In this document: positions 26,186-38,723 of the stretch, in pieces
How the letters are laid out: each line of letters opens with the position of its first letter
How positions within the stretch are numbered: the stretch's first letter is position 1
From: Batkoa obscura
Taxonomy: Eukaryota
Assembly: GCA_030770535.1 (NCBI GenBank)
Contig: JASVEC010000013.1
Location: 806,001 to 870,000, forward strand
DNA: 64,000 bases
Direction of reading: 5' to 3'
Notes under the pieces: generated by a model
What the model saw: the letters and a program-made list of their open reading frames with translations, nothing else
What the model was told of the DNA's origin: nothing
The model's database searches: none
Program-made: the position numbers and the translations under genes

Positions 26186-27900
26186 ATGTATAACGGATAT
26201 TTGACAGTAAAATTATTGTTATAGTTATTGTCATTGACTAGTGCAATAAAAAGCGACTTTAAGAAAACCACAAAAGAGAACAAGGAATTTATAAAACGTA
26301 GTACTGTATTATATTATCAAATGTTAGTAGTTTATAACACAATAAAAAGGAAAGTACCTAACATTGAGGAAGAAACAAACGAAAAGGAAAGTTTAAGAAA
26401 TAGTCTTTTCTTAATTAATTTGACTTCAACTATCAATTTGGAATAAATTTCTTCAAATGCAAACTTAAAAGAAACGTCCTAAATACTAAGCTTGACATAC
26501 GTTTATGTATGCATATAATATCAGCCTAAATGTTGTAACAGGATTATATAAATTTCATTCCAATAATAAAGTTGAGAACGACAAGTTCTGATATTCAAGG
26601 TTATATACTGTCAATTTAAAACATGAAAAGTGAGTCACAAGAAAACTCATGCTCCCATTTTCTGAGAAAGCTTTTAGTGGTAGATCAATAATAAGCGCGA
26701 ATGATAAACTGTATGCTTGTGGTGGTTGCTTTTTGGATATGAATACAACCTTTTCTGTATTAAGCAATAAAATCACCGTTTTTAACATCACCAGTCCTTA
26801 TATGCCATCTAGTGTTTATAGCTTAGACAGTGGTTTACCTACTAATACTTCTCATACAGCTACTATAATTATACTTGGTGGTTTATCTTATGATGATTCT
26901 TTTTATATGATACCTGATAGTAGGTACAGATCCAAGCTCAAAGGTATGGCAAAGAATCAACAATAGCAAACCTGAGCTATACTTACTCATATAATATTGA
27001 TGTGAAACCAGGTGAAAGGATGGAAACAAAGAATTGCGATGGTAGAATAAGAATAGGACATTCAGCTACTTATTTATCTGATTTGAATTGTATACTGGTT
27101 TATGGAGGTACAGATAAAGTAAATGATTATATTACTTTATATAGTGATATTCAGCTATTGAATTTAACTGATTGGCAATGGACAAAAATCAAAGTTATCG
27201 ACTTTAATAATATAATATTTGACATTGGTAGAGCATGGCATTCAAGTGAGCTAATTAATGACAAAGTTGTGTTTTTTTACGGAGACATTAATAATAATGA
27301 TAGTCAATATGATATTATCGCAATTGATTTAAAAACACTTGATCTAGAGAAGAAAACAATCAAATTAAGTAACACAATTGGACCAGCATTAAAAAAAGAG
27401 AATGAAAATTTCAATCAATTATATACATCAGATGGACATACGAATCATAAGGACAGTAATTGTAGGAAATCATTAAATTCAACAGATAATTCAAAAATGG
27501 ATGAGATTGCTGGTAGTTTAGTTGTGATAATTTTATTTCTTATAATTATTCATGATTTATTTGTTATAAGAACAAGAAGAAATAGAATATCAATAAAACT
27601 AATAATAATATATCAGTGTCATTGTCGCCTTCCTTAAATTCATTAAAGATATCCTATCTTAATACTAAAAATGGCAATGAATATGAAATTTGGGATTTGA
27701 ACCCTCATTACGTTGATCCTTCAACTAACAATCTAGAATTTGAGCTAAGCCAATTTAACAATCTTATAGTATTATAATGGAATATTACTATTGGTTCATC
27801 TAATGATAATTTAACTAGAGTAGATACAAAAGAAATAGTAATTAGCTTTGTTAATACTTCAACTGAAAACAGTATCACTTTTAATTCATTTATTAATTTT
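26186..27900 (+). pseudogene. Disrupted Kelch-repeat/TM paralog, head-to-head with 23112-24899
   Basis: ORF fragments 26228-26446, 26649-26966 and 27002-27637 align in order to the intact copy (STVLYYQMLVVYNTIKRK, FLINLTSTINL, IILGGLSY, then TKNGNEYEIWDLNPHY after a frameshift). Confidence 0.85.
27020..27434 (+). repeat. 415-bp inverted repeat, right arm (partner 23582-23996)
   Basis: ATGGAAACAAAGAATT...TATACATCAGATG is the reverse complement of the left arm, with one mismatch seen. Confidence 0.9.
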
Positions 27901-28223
27901 AAATAAATTAGCTCATATAATCAATGTTTTGTATTATTATTAATACAATAAAGGATATGATTATTTATGATATCAAACTGTGAGATTGCAATTATTGTGA
28001 AATGTTAAAAGTGCTAATACAGTAGTACATAAAATTTAATCAAATAAAAATAACTTGTCTTCGTATATGAACATCACATTTCTATTTATAAATTACTACT
28101 TAAGATCCAGCTTGATCTATTCTATTCTATATAAGTAAATTTGATACAATAATAAAAATAATGTGAAATAGTAATAGCTTCTAATCTACATTTTAATATT
28201 GGATTCACCTTAATAAACCCTAT

Positions 28224-30178
28224 CTAAAATCGACTAACATCTCTACCAAAAGCCCAAGTCATAAACCTATAAAATTCAATAAGCAAAGTCAACACATAAA
28301 AAATAAAAGTTACCAATATACTGGGATCAACAACTTATTTCTCCAAGAGACAGATTTGGTCATGTAAGCAGAACGCCATAAGAACCAAGCAACGTAACCC
28401 GATTGTTTAATTTTTCCTTTACCAGATTCATTTAAAGGATCTGATAATTCTACAATCGCTTGCCAATTTCCTAAATAAGCCATAATCCCTTTATTATTAA
28501 ATTTAAATGGCTTATTTAATTTTGTAGATAACGGACGTTCGTAAAATTTAGGATCATTGAATTTTTGTATTAAATAAGTGGCTTGTTGTTCCGCTACTTG
28601 AGCTGTGCAAGCCAATGGGTTGCCTTGAATCGTTGCGCAATCCCCAATACCATACCTGGTTTATAGTAGATGGATTAGTTTTATTCTGAAATAATATTTT
28701 CATAAAATTTACACTTTATCGTCTAATACTTGATTGGTTTTTTTGCTTAGCAATCGTAGTTGATCATCTGTTGATAATCGCCATCCGTCAGCAGCTATAT
28801 TCTCTTTCAAATTTTTTATTAATGGGGTTTCTGTTACACCAGTAGCCCAAACTACCATACCAACAGGGACTATATTTATAATTAGTTTTTATTCTAAACA
28901 TAAAATAAAAATAGTTACTTTCTTCTCCATCCTTTAATATTATAGAGTCTGATTTAATTTCTGTAATTGAGGTACCTTAAAAAAGGAATTAAATTTTATA
29001 CTCTCATATAAAGTTACAACAATCTTTACCCGTTTTAATTTTGATACCTTCACGATTCATTAATTTAGTAGCAAAAGTGGATAACTTGGAATCAAATGAA
29101 GATAAAATATTTGGTGCAACATCATAAAGCGTCATTTTAACAAATGGCATAAGAGTGGGATATAACTTTGCCATATCTTCTTTTAATAAATCGTGTAACT
29201 CAGCCGAAAATTCGACTCCCTTTATAAATTAATTAATACATATCAAAACAAACAATATCTGGGAATTACTGTTGGTCCTCCGCCTACAACTTTAATATAA
29301 AAGAGTCAAATTTAAATAGTAAACAACATAATAAAATTCAATTACCAGCGAAATTTAATAACCTCTGCTTATCTTCCTCATTAGAAGTTGGTAAAATTGC
29401 CTTTTCAAAGCCTAAAAAATAAACTTGAGCTAAAACTAAACAATATAATAGCACTTACAATCCATAACCTTTCTACGAATACTTCTAGCATTTGTAATAT
29501 CCTTTAAAAAATGAGCGTGTTCCCCAACCCCTTTAATACCAAACGTATTAGAAATGGCACCTACAGCCACAACAAGATGATCATAACCAATATCAAATGA
29601 TTGCTTATTATCAAAATTGGGAGCAATCTTTAACTTTTTATCCTCAAACTTAATCTCTTGACAACTTCCTTCGATATAATGGACCTTTGGATTATGCTTA
29701 CGTATCGTTTCAGTAATGGTACGAAACTCCAAAGTACCTACTGAAGTACTTGCCAATAGTGGTGTAAATAGAAAGTAATTTCTTGGTGAAATCAGAGTGA
29801 CGTCATATTTCTTATTGTCTAAATCCTTTGCTAACTTAAATCCTAAAGATGAGTTAGTGTTTAATTTAGCTATTGACTAATGATTCAATTACCTCCCCAG
29901 CCTGAACCTTTTTAATAGATAAAAAACAAATCGTTATTATTATTATTGATTTTCTATGAGTTCTAATTACCAAGTATCATGACCCTTTCTATTAAAAATT
30001 ACTATTGTAATAAGTTATAGCAGTTAAAATTTACCTTTAGTATACCTTACATAAGAAGTTGAAGAGAAGGCTCTGAAATAGCTACCTATAGTAATAAAAA
30101 TAAATTACAATAAACTAAAAAGTTCTAGTATATACCTTTTAACCCAACTATTCTACTATTACTTTTTAAACTATACAT
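28224..30178 (-). CDS. Type II (alternative) mitochondrial NADH dehydrogenase, many short exons
   Basis: GSGWGG, SPRNYFLFTPLLASTSVGTLEFR, VVGGGPTGVEFSAELHD, IGDCA, TAQVAEQQ, LWRSAY, C-terminal FGRDVSRF*. Confidence 0.92.
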
Positions 30179-30692
30179 TCTAAATTTTGAAAAAAGATAA
30201 ATTTGCTTTGTTGATATTTCAGTTATATATCGATGATTTTTAATTGTAATTCAGGGATAATAGATTTCATCATCCGCAACCATGACTCATTTTTTACCCC
30301 AAAACCCAATTATTTCTTGTCGGAAAATACCAAAAGATTTGAAATTGATGCTATTTTTAGGTAAGAATAAACAGGTAGCTTATTAAAGAAGAGGAGCCTT
30401 GAGCTGAAAATCGAAAGCTTAATTGGCTTAAAATAGAGTGGGTTTAAAATATGGAATTCAGAATGATTCTACTTGGTTCTATTTAATTTTATTTTTCATT
30501 ATTCGCCTCTATTTAGTACTATCGTCCTTTTTAAAACTTTGAAATGTTTATTTTAAAAATGGGAGACCATTTTATTAAAATTGTTTGAGTGCTTTTAATC
30601 CTTCAAAGGTTTAAAATTTTGGCCTGCAAAAGGCTCAAGGTTGGTAAATTAAGTCTTGCCCAAAAAAACAGGGATAAAGTCGAAATTAATTT

Positions 30693-30788
30693 GGGGATGT
30701 ATTTTTGTGCTTAAGAATTTTACTACCAATTTTTCTGCACAAATAGCGCTTAAAAATGGAAAAAGTGATGAAGCCAAAAAACACCCCC
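30693..30788 (+). mobile_element. MITE copy 5
   Basis: GGGGATGTATTTTTG...AAAAACACCCCC, flanked by ATTT/ATTT. Confidence 0.9.
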
Positions 30789-30822
30789 ATTTAGTAAAAT
30801 TTAATTTAAATTTCTTTACAAA

Positions 30823-32100
30823 ATGTTAACTAAACTACCAGATATCATATTAATTGAAATCTTCAAATACAATAAACCAAAAGCTTTATTTGATTTGTTG
30901 TTTTAAGTAAAAGGTTTTGCAATATTGCAATGTAAGCGATTAAGTGATATTCTGGCACTCTCGTGGAGGAATATTATCAACAATTACAATTATAATTACA
31001 ATTTGCTCAAAAACGTGGTGATGATATCAAGTATCCATATACTTATAGCACGGATCAACCTGATTGTTTAGATTTATATAAGTGTATAAAAGGGCTGTCC
31101 ACAAGGTATGGATTATTCAGTTATAGTAAACAAATTTCGACACCATCATTTGAAAACTCAATAGTTAAAATAGCTCAACAAAGGTATATTAGAAAATTAG
31201 AAGCTATGTTTGGGAACAAAGATTATCACCCACTTTTGTTAATCTGGATACAAAGCAACTTAATAATTAGAGGCTAATTATTAGAAAATTGGAAGCATTT
31301 GAAATAGAAACTGAAATTTTAGTATTAAAGGATTTAATTCAAGATTCAAGTAGAGCCAAATTAAAGGTGCTTAAAATAGAGATGGGAACTCTAGATTTAA
31401 CTGCTATGAATGAAATAAAAGATTCCCTCAATCAGCTGTATTCTATCCTAATACCAATAATTATAGAATAGCCTTTTTATTTTTAAATACTCATAGCTTT
31501 CTTTCACTTGAGCAATTTAAGTTGTGGTTAGATTCGGATAACGCTGTTGATATAATGAAATACTTTAGAGATTTAAAGAAAATTTAGGATGTGAAATTAG
31601 GAATCAAATGAATGCAAATGCAAATTTATCAAACATATTAGAACAGCTTAAAGGCAATAAAATCCAAAGTTTAAGTACAAAAAATCAAGTGGCTTTCAAT
31701 CTGATGAATCTAAAAAACATGAAGTATTTAACAAAATTAAGTCTATATTATAATGAATCATTTAAGTGTTATTTAGTTGCTGTTTTGCCTAAGTTAAACC
31801 TCAAAGTATTAAAATTGGACAGTACGTGATATGATGAAATAAAATTCGATTAGATAGGATTATGAGTAATTATAGCGAAGCAAATAATCAAACGGTGTTG
31901 AAACAAAATTTGAGTTGTAACTCCGTTACTAAAGTTTTATTTGTTAATTCCGATTTTTAGGTTCAATCCACTTTTGATTTTTTAACGTTATTTTCAAATA
32001 TTCAAGTAATTATAATTTAGCTACTTCAATGATTGAGCAAGACAATATTCCGATAATTCATAGCTTAAGAAAGCCTGTAGTTTTTATTTTTTATTTTTAT
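30823..32100 (+). pseudogene. F-box/LRR-like pseudogene
   Basis: Starts MLTKLPDIILIEIFKY (F-box-like), then a frameshift; downstream LRR-like fragments (KLKVLKI, KYLTKLSL, NLKVLKL) interrupted by stops; end approximate. Confidence 0.6.
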
Positions 32101-32305
32101 CTTTTATTTTTTTAATAAATGTATTAAAATGAAGTTAGCAGCAATACTTTACCCACCAGACATTTAAAAGTGGTGCGAAAATTATAAATCAAATTGTGCA
32201 AGGATTTTCACAAAATCTTATACTATTCTTTAGATGTTAAAAAACAAAAAGCATTAAACTCAACTCTTTGTCCATAAACATAATTTTGATTAAAATTATA
32301 ACATT

Positions 32306-33593
<1,288 letters not shown>

Positions 33594-34313
33594 TTGCATA
33601 GTGTTTGTTTAATTAGATTAAAATTATATAGATTAGCCGTGATTTGTTTGCTTATATATTTTGAAGTAATGTTGTTTGAACAAATCAGATATAATATTGG
33701 TTACTATTTGAAATAATGAATGGTTATACTATAGAATTTATATCACGACATTCAAAATGTTAGTTTAGATTTTGATCAAAATATTCCATTTTAATTTCAT
33801 TTCTTTTAATACAGTGATCAGCTTAAAATTATAATAATCATTAACATAGTTATTTTATATTAAAGTGAACTCTTGTACAACCTAATTTATTTAAATTTAT
33901 GTTTACTTAAAATGGTTTAAATAACAACATTTAGCTCATTATTGTACTGAATTAATTAATCATTTAATAAAACAACCTTATCCATATTAATTAACTAAAA
34001 ATCGAAACCATAATTCTGGAACTCGGAACCTCACTTATGAAATTCCAAAAGCACTTGAAATTTTTTTGTCAACAAATATCATCATTAACGTACAGCTATA
34101 TCGCTTCAAAATACGCTACCCAACGTTTAAAAGGCTTTTAATCGAATAAAGGGAAGAAGAATGGATATAAATTTTCTATCTTAAAATTTATTAATTTGAA
34201 AAAAAGATTAATACTCAAGTTATTCTCTTAAAAAAACAACGCGAAATGATTTTAGGACTAAATAAAAAATATGGAAAAGATAATACTGAAGCTTTTTTTA
34301 AAACACATCTTGA

Positions 34314-35205
34314 TTAAACATTATCAGTGACAAAACTAGGATCCTTAGGTACAATCTTTCTGAATCTACCATTGAAGGTAGTTGCCTCTACTTTAAAAAA
34401 TGTGAATAAAAAATCAAACTTTAAAAAAATCTTGCTTACCAGAAGGATCCGAAAACACCACCTGGGTAGCAGGTTGATAATAGAATACAGGTCGATATCT
34501 ATTTTCTTGAATTGCTTTAAGTTGATTTCTTAGCTCCTCTCTTTCGGCAGCCCGTTTTAATTTTAACGCTTTTCTAGCCGCTTTATCCACACAATTATCT
34601 ACGCTCCTTGCGCCCCTTTCCACTTTAGCCATCTCTGGGAATGAAGTGCGTAAAGCACGAGGTTTTACTTCATAAGGGTAAGGGAGCAAGTTTTTAAAAT
34701 TACCTGGCATCAAATTAGTGTATCCTCTATCTACTGGTCCGGTGCTGGACTCTGAAGACTTTGATAATGCTTTAGCTATCGTTTTAGTCGTTGTTTTAGG
34801 TACTTTAATAGTCTCTGTTTTCTTTTTTGGCTTTCTTATCCTTTTTGGCTTAGGTTGGTTTTGGGTTGGCACCTGCGTGGTAGTAAAGTTTTCTATCGCT
34901 GGATGAGGCGTGGGAGCTATCAACCTTTGGTGTTGCTGAGATAAACTTATTCCTGACTTTTCAGATAATTGAGGGGGTTGCATTAAAGGTAAATGGCTAA
35001 AGTGAGGACTTAGACTAAACGTCGAAAGTGCGTTTTGGTGTAATTCTTGGGCTATTCTATGAGTCAGTTCAAGGGTGTCTGGGAAATGGGATTGATGGAC
35101 CATGGGCATCGTGAAAGGATGCATAGAATTATGATCTATATGAACTACCTGTTGCCCATGGTTGGCTGGGAAATCAAAATGTTTAAACAAATTATCTTCG
35201 TTCAT
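34314..35205 (-). CDS. Hypothetical protein (His/Pro/Gln-rich N-terminus, basic C-terminal region; intron ~34390-34439)
   Basis: GC-elevated 263-codon ORF; GTAAGC donor and AAAG acceptor give last exon VEATTFNGRFRKIVPKDPSFVTDNV*; no family recognised. Confidence 0.65.
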
Positions 35206-36983
35206 TTTTTAAGAATTAAAAGGCTAAAGGAAGTGTAGGAATTGATGGATAGTAGCTAGGTTCTCAATTTTGGATTGGATTATTTTAGCCAATTAATTTT
35301 TCTTCTGGTTTTTGGCAATGATTCAATTATTGCAAATTTATTGGGAATGAGAGTAAATTAGGGATAATATGGGTAAATTGCTACTTTAGACTTTATATAA
35401 TTTTATAGTAAAGATGGCTTTGAATTATCTAATAGTACATGTTAAATGCAATAGTACAAACAGAACAACTAAATAAAGTAGGGTCCATTTATTTAAATAT
35501 TGTATATGTCATTGTTAAAAAAATAAGTATATAAATTATCAAATACAGAAATCGTATTTTATGATTTCTTTTAAATAAGCTTAAGCAATTTGTTGGCTTA
35601 AAGTTGTTTAATACATTAATTTTAAAGCTTTTTATTATTGGAATTAAGATAGAATCACTTCTTTTTCACTTTTCTTAATAGCTCGACTATCATACCCATT
35701 AAATAAGTAAATATTTTAATATATAATTGAATAGATATCTACACTAGTATTCATATAAAGCTAAACAGTCAAAAGTAAGCAAGAATATTTAAGTGCAATA
35801 AAAAGATGGAACAGAAGTCTTTAAATTAAGCTAAAAAACTAAAAAACTAAAAATTAAAAAATTCAGACTAATGTAAATGTAGTAATACTTAATTGTTACT
35901 ATAAACTTTATTCTTATTTACTTATTAGTTGTTGCAAATATTTGTGTGAATTTACTATACGTAAAAAGCGGAAGAGTATTCTTTGATACATAAAATTGAC
36001 ATACTGCTTTTGCATGAGTAACGCTCAGCACAAGGGGATTAAAAATATTAACTTTTTAATATAAATTTAAACAAGATTTTAAATATATCATGTAATTAAA
36101 GATGTTACAATGTTTTGTTGTATTTGATAAGCCACAAAAGGCCACTTATGCAAAAAGCGGTTATATCAATTTTTAAAATTTTAATTTATTTGCATATAGT
36201 GGAGGAGCTGGGTTCTCAGCGAACAATTTAAATACCCAGAGTTTTATTTTTGAATATTAAAGCTTCTAGAAAAGAAACTTTTTAATCTAATATAGTGACG
36301 AATGACTTTCTAAATAGAAAATAAACTGTATATAAAAGTTCATAAACTGTTTGCAATAGAACAACACTTTACATAAGAATGATGACAGACTCTACACAAT
36401 AAGAAGCAATAGCTTTTAGACAAAAGAACAACTGTACTTGGGCACAAAAACTCTATTAAAAATTGTTACTCCATCAACTTATTCTGGTAAAAAACATTAT
36501 AGGATTTCTTGTTATTGCTACTATGTATATTTTACAACGTTTTAAACTTTATTAAAGTGTTGTAATAAATTAAATTTATATCCAAATATCAACATATGAA
36601 GGATATTAAAAGTTGATAGTTCAAAATTTATGTAAGAGAAATATATGATAAGATAATGTCCTTTAAAGTTAATATGTTTGAAGCTTAAACAATTTTAAGT
36701 TTAGTTTATGTTATAAAATCTATTTTTTATTATGAACCAATATAAAACTTAATTTAAAATAATCTTAGCTAAAAATGAAATGAAATTTGAATCAACTTCA
36801 TCTTAACTACCAATCAACTATCAGTATTTATGCAATAAAATCAAATGATTAAAATCCATCTTAAAAAAACGAAATTATAAAAATATAGATTTACAGTTTA
36901 TCAGAGAATCCCCCACGAATTTTTAAACAAAGAAACTAATCTCAAGCACTTCGTTTTTTATTGATATTGTATTTTAATCCCAA

Positions 36984-38313
36984 ATGGCAGGCCTGTTTTC
37001 ACTTTTTACATCGGTAAGGGAACAATAATTAATGCTATTATCTGAATTAAACTAATATACTAGTCCAACAACGACGCGAAATATGAAAAGCAATTAGAAG
37101 AGATAGAAAAGAAGATTAAACAGAAAGAGTTAACGATATCTGAAATAAAGTTAAATAAAGGTTCAGCTTTCACCTTTTATCTTTATACAGTATCAGCTTA
37201 TTTGTTTTATGGTGCTGTTTATTTCGTTCTATTGAGGTCCCCAGAGTTTGATAACTGGGAATCTGCATTGATTAAGGCTTCTCCTCTTATTTTGTTTCCA
37301 GTTTTGTAAGATTTTTTCGAGTTTCTGTTTATTTTAATGTTTTAATAATTTAAAGGGCTTACGTCTATCATAATAGTTCTAATGCTTATTATCAAAAAAG
37401 ATTGAATTCAGAAAGTAAATGATTTATGTTTGGTTTGATTATTACTTATATTTTTTAAGCTGACCAACTCTCTGCGTTAAAAACAAAGCTTAGGATAACT
37501 GTAAGGAATTTAAGTTTAATATCTTTTGAATGGTGGTAATATTTTTTTATAGATTGATGAGTTGAAAAAGAATTCATCTTATTACAAAACCAAAAGTATA
37601 CTCGAACGTTATGAACAAGAAGATAGGGTAATAATTATGTTCATGCTATTATAAATTAGTTAATAGTTAAAGGAAAAGGCACAAGTCCAAAGAGCTGCTC
37701 CTAAAAAAGCATCAGTACCTTTAGGTAATTCGGAGTTTTTTATTCACTAATATACCTAATTTTTCACAGCTCAATCACAAACTCTTCGTCAAAGAGTTCC
37801 TCAAAATAATGGAAATAATTCTCAAAAACAAGCCAATGCTGGTATCGCATTAAAGCCAAGTAAGATTGCTTTTATATCAAATGCTCATTTATCAATAATT
37901 TAGGAACTTCCCAAGCACCAAATATTCAAGTAGAAGGAGGGCAACCATGGTTTGGTAAACTAATGGACGCTATTGTTGGTGAAGAAGAAAAGAACACAGA
38001 TGCTACCAAATTTGCCTTAATTTGCAGTAACTGTTTTGGTCACAATGGACTGGTATCTGCTAACGATTATAATATCATACAATATACATGCCCAAAATGC
38101 AATACGTTTAATCCATCACGTCGTTCCCAACGTCGTAAATCAGTAGAGAACTTGAATTTGACTGAAGAACAACAACAAGAGCTTATGAAGCGTTCGATGA
38201 CCGCTGCACCTAAACCTAGTGTACCTAAAAACAGAAAGGTATTGCCTCAGGAGTTTATGAAAAATAAAGATACTTCAGTAGCTAGTAAAAATGAGGCGAT
38301 TAAACAGGAATGA
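36984..38313 (+). CDS. LNP1: ER junction protein Lunapark, multi-exon
   Basis: N-terminal coiled coil, two TM segments, LKKNSSYYKTKSILERYE, WFGKLMDAIVG and zinc finger FALICSNCFGHNG...YTCPKCNTFN. Confidence 0.92.
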
Positions 38314-38723
38314 GACAGGAATTGAGCTAGGTTTATATTTCAAGTAGAATCTAGGTTATTTTTAGTGTCATGCTTTTATTATTGTATTAGTCCGAAATGA
38401 TGTTTTAGGTTTATGAATATGCTAAAGAATGGATTTTCGATAATAAAGTTTATTTTATTTGGTTATATTATATTATGAAATAAAATTTTAACTAAGGTTG
38501 TTTAAATTAGTACTTTTGTTATTGAACATGACATTTCAACTGTTGTTTATTATTAAATTTTATAACTTTTATTTTTGTATAAAATAGTCACTACTATTTT
38601 TGAAAAGTTAAACTTTTTAACTTTCACACCTCAAAAATTTCGAAATTCTAATTTTTGAAAAATCAAAAAATTTTAAACCAATAAAAAAAGAATTGTCTCT
38701 TTTTATTTTTTACAAAAACAAGA

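Noticed and set aside
38625..38680. RRPE-like AAAAATTTT upstream of ribosome-biogenesis gene SYO1
   Set aside because: Expected by chance at this AT content
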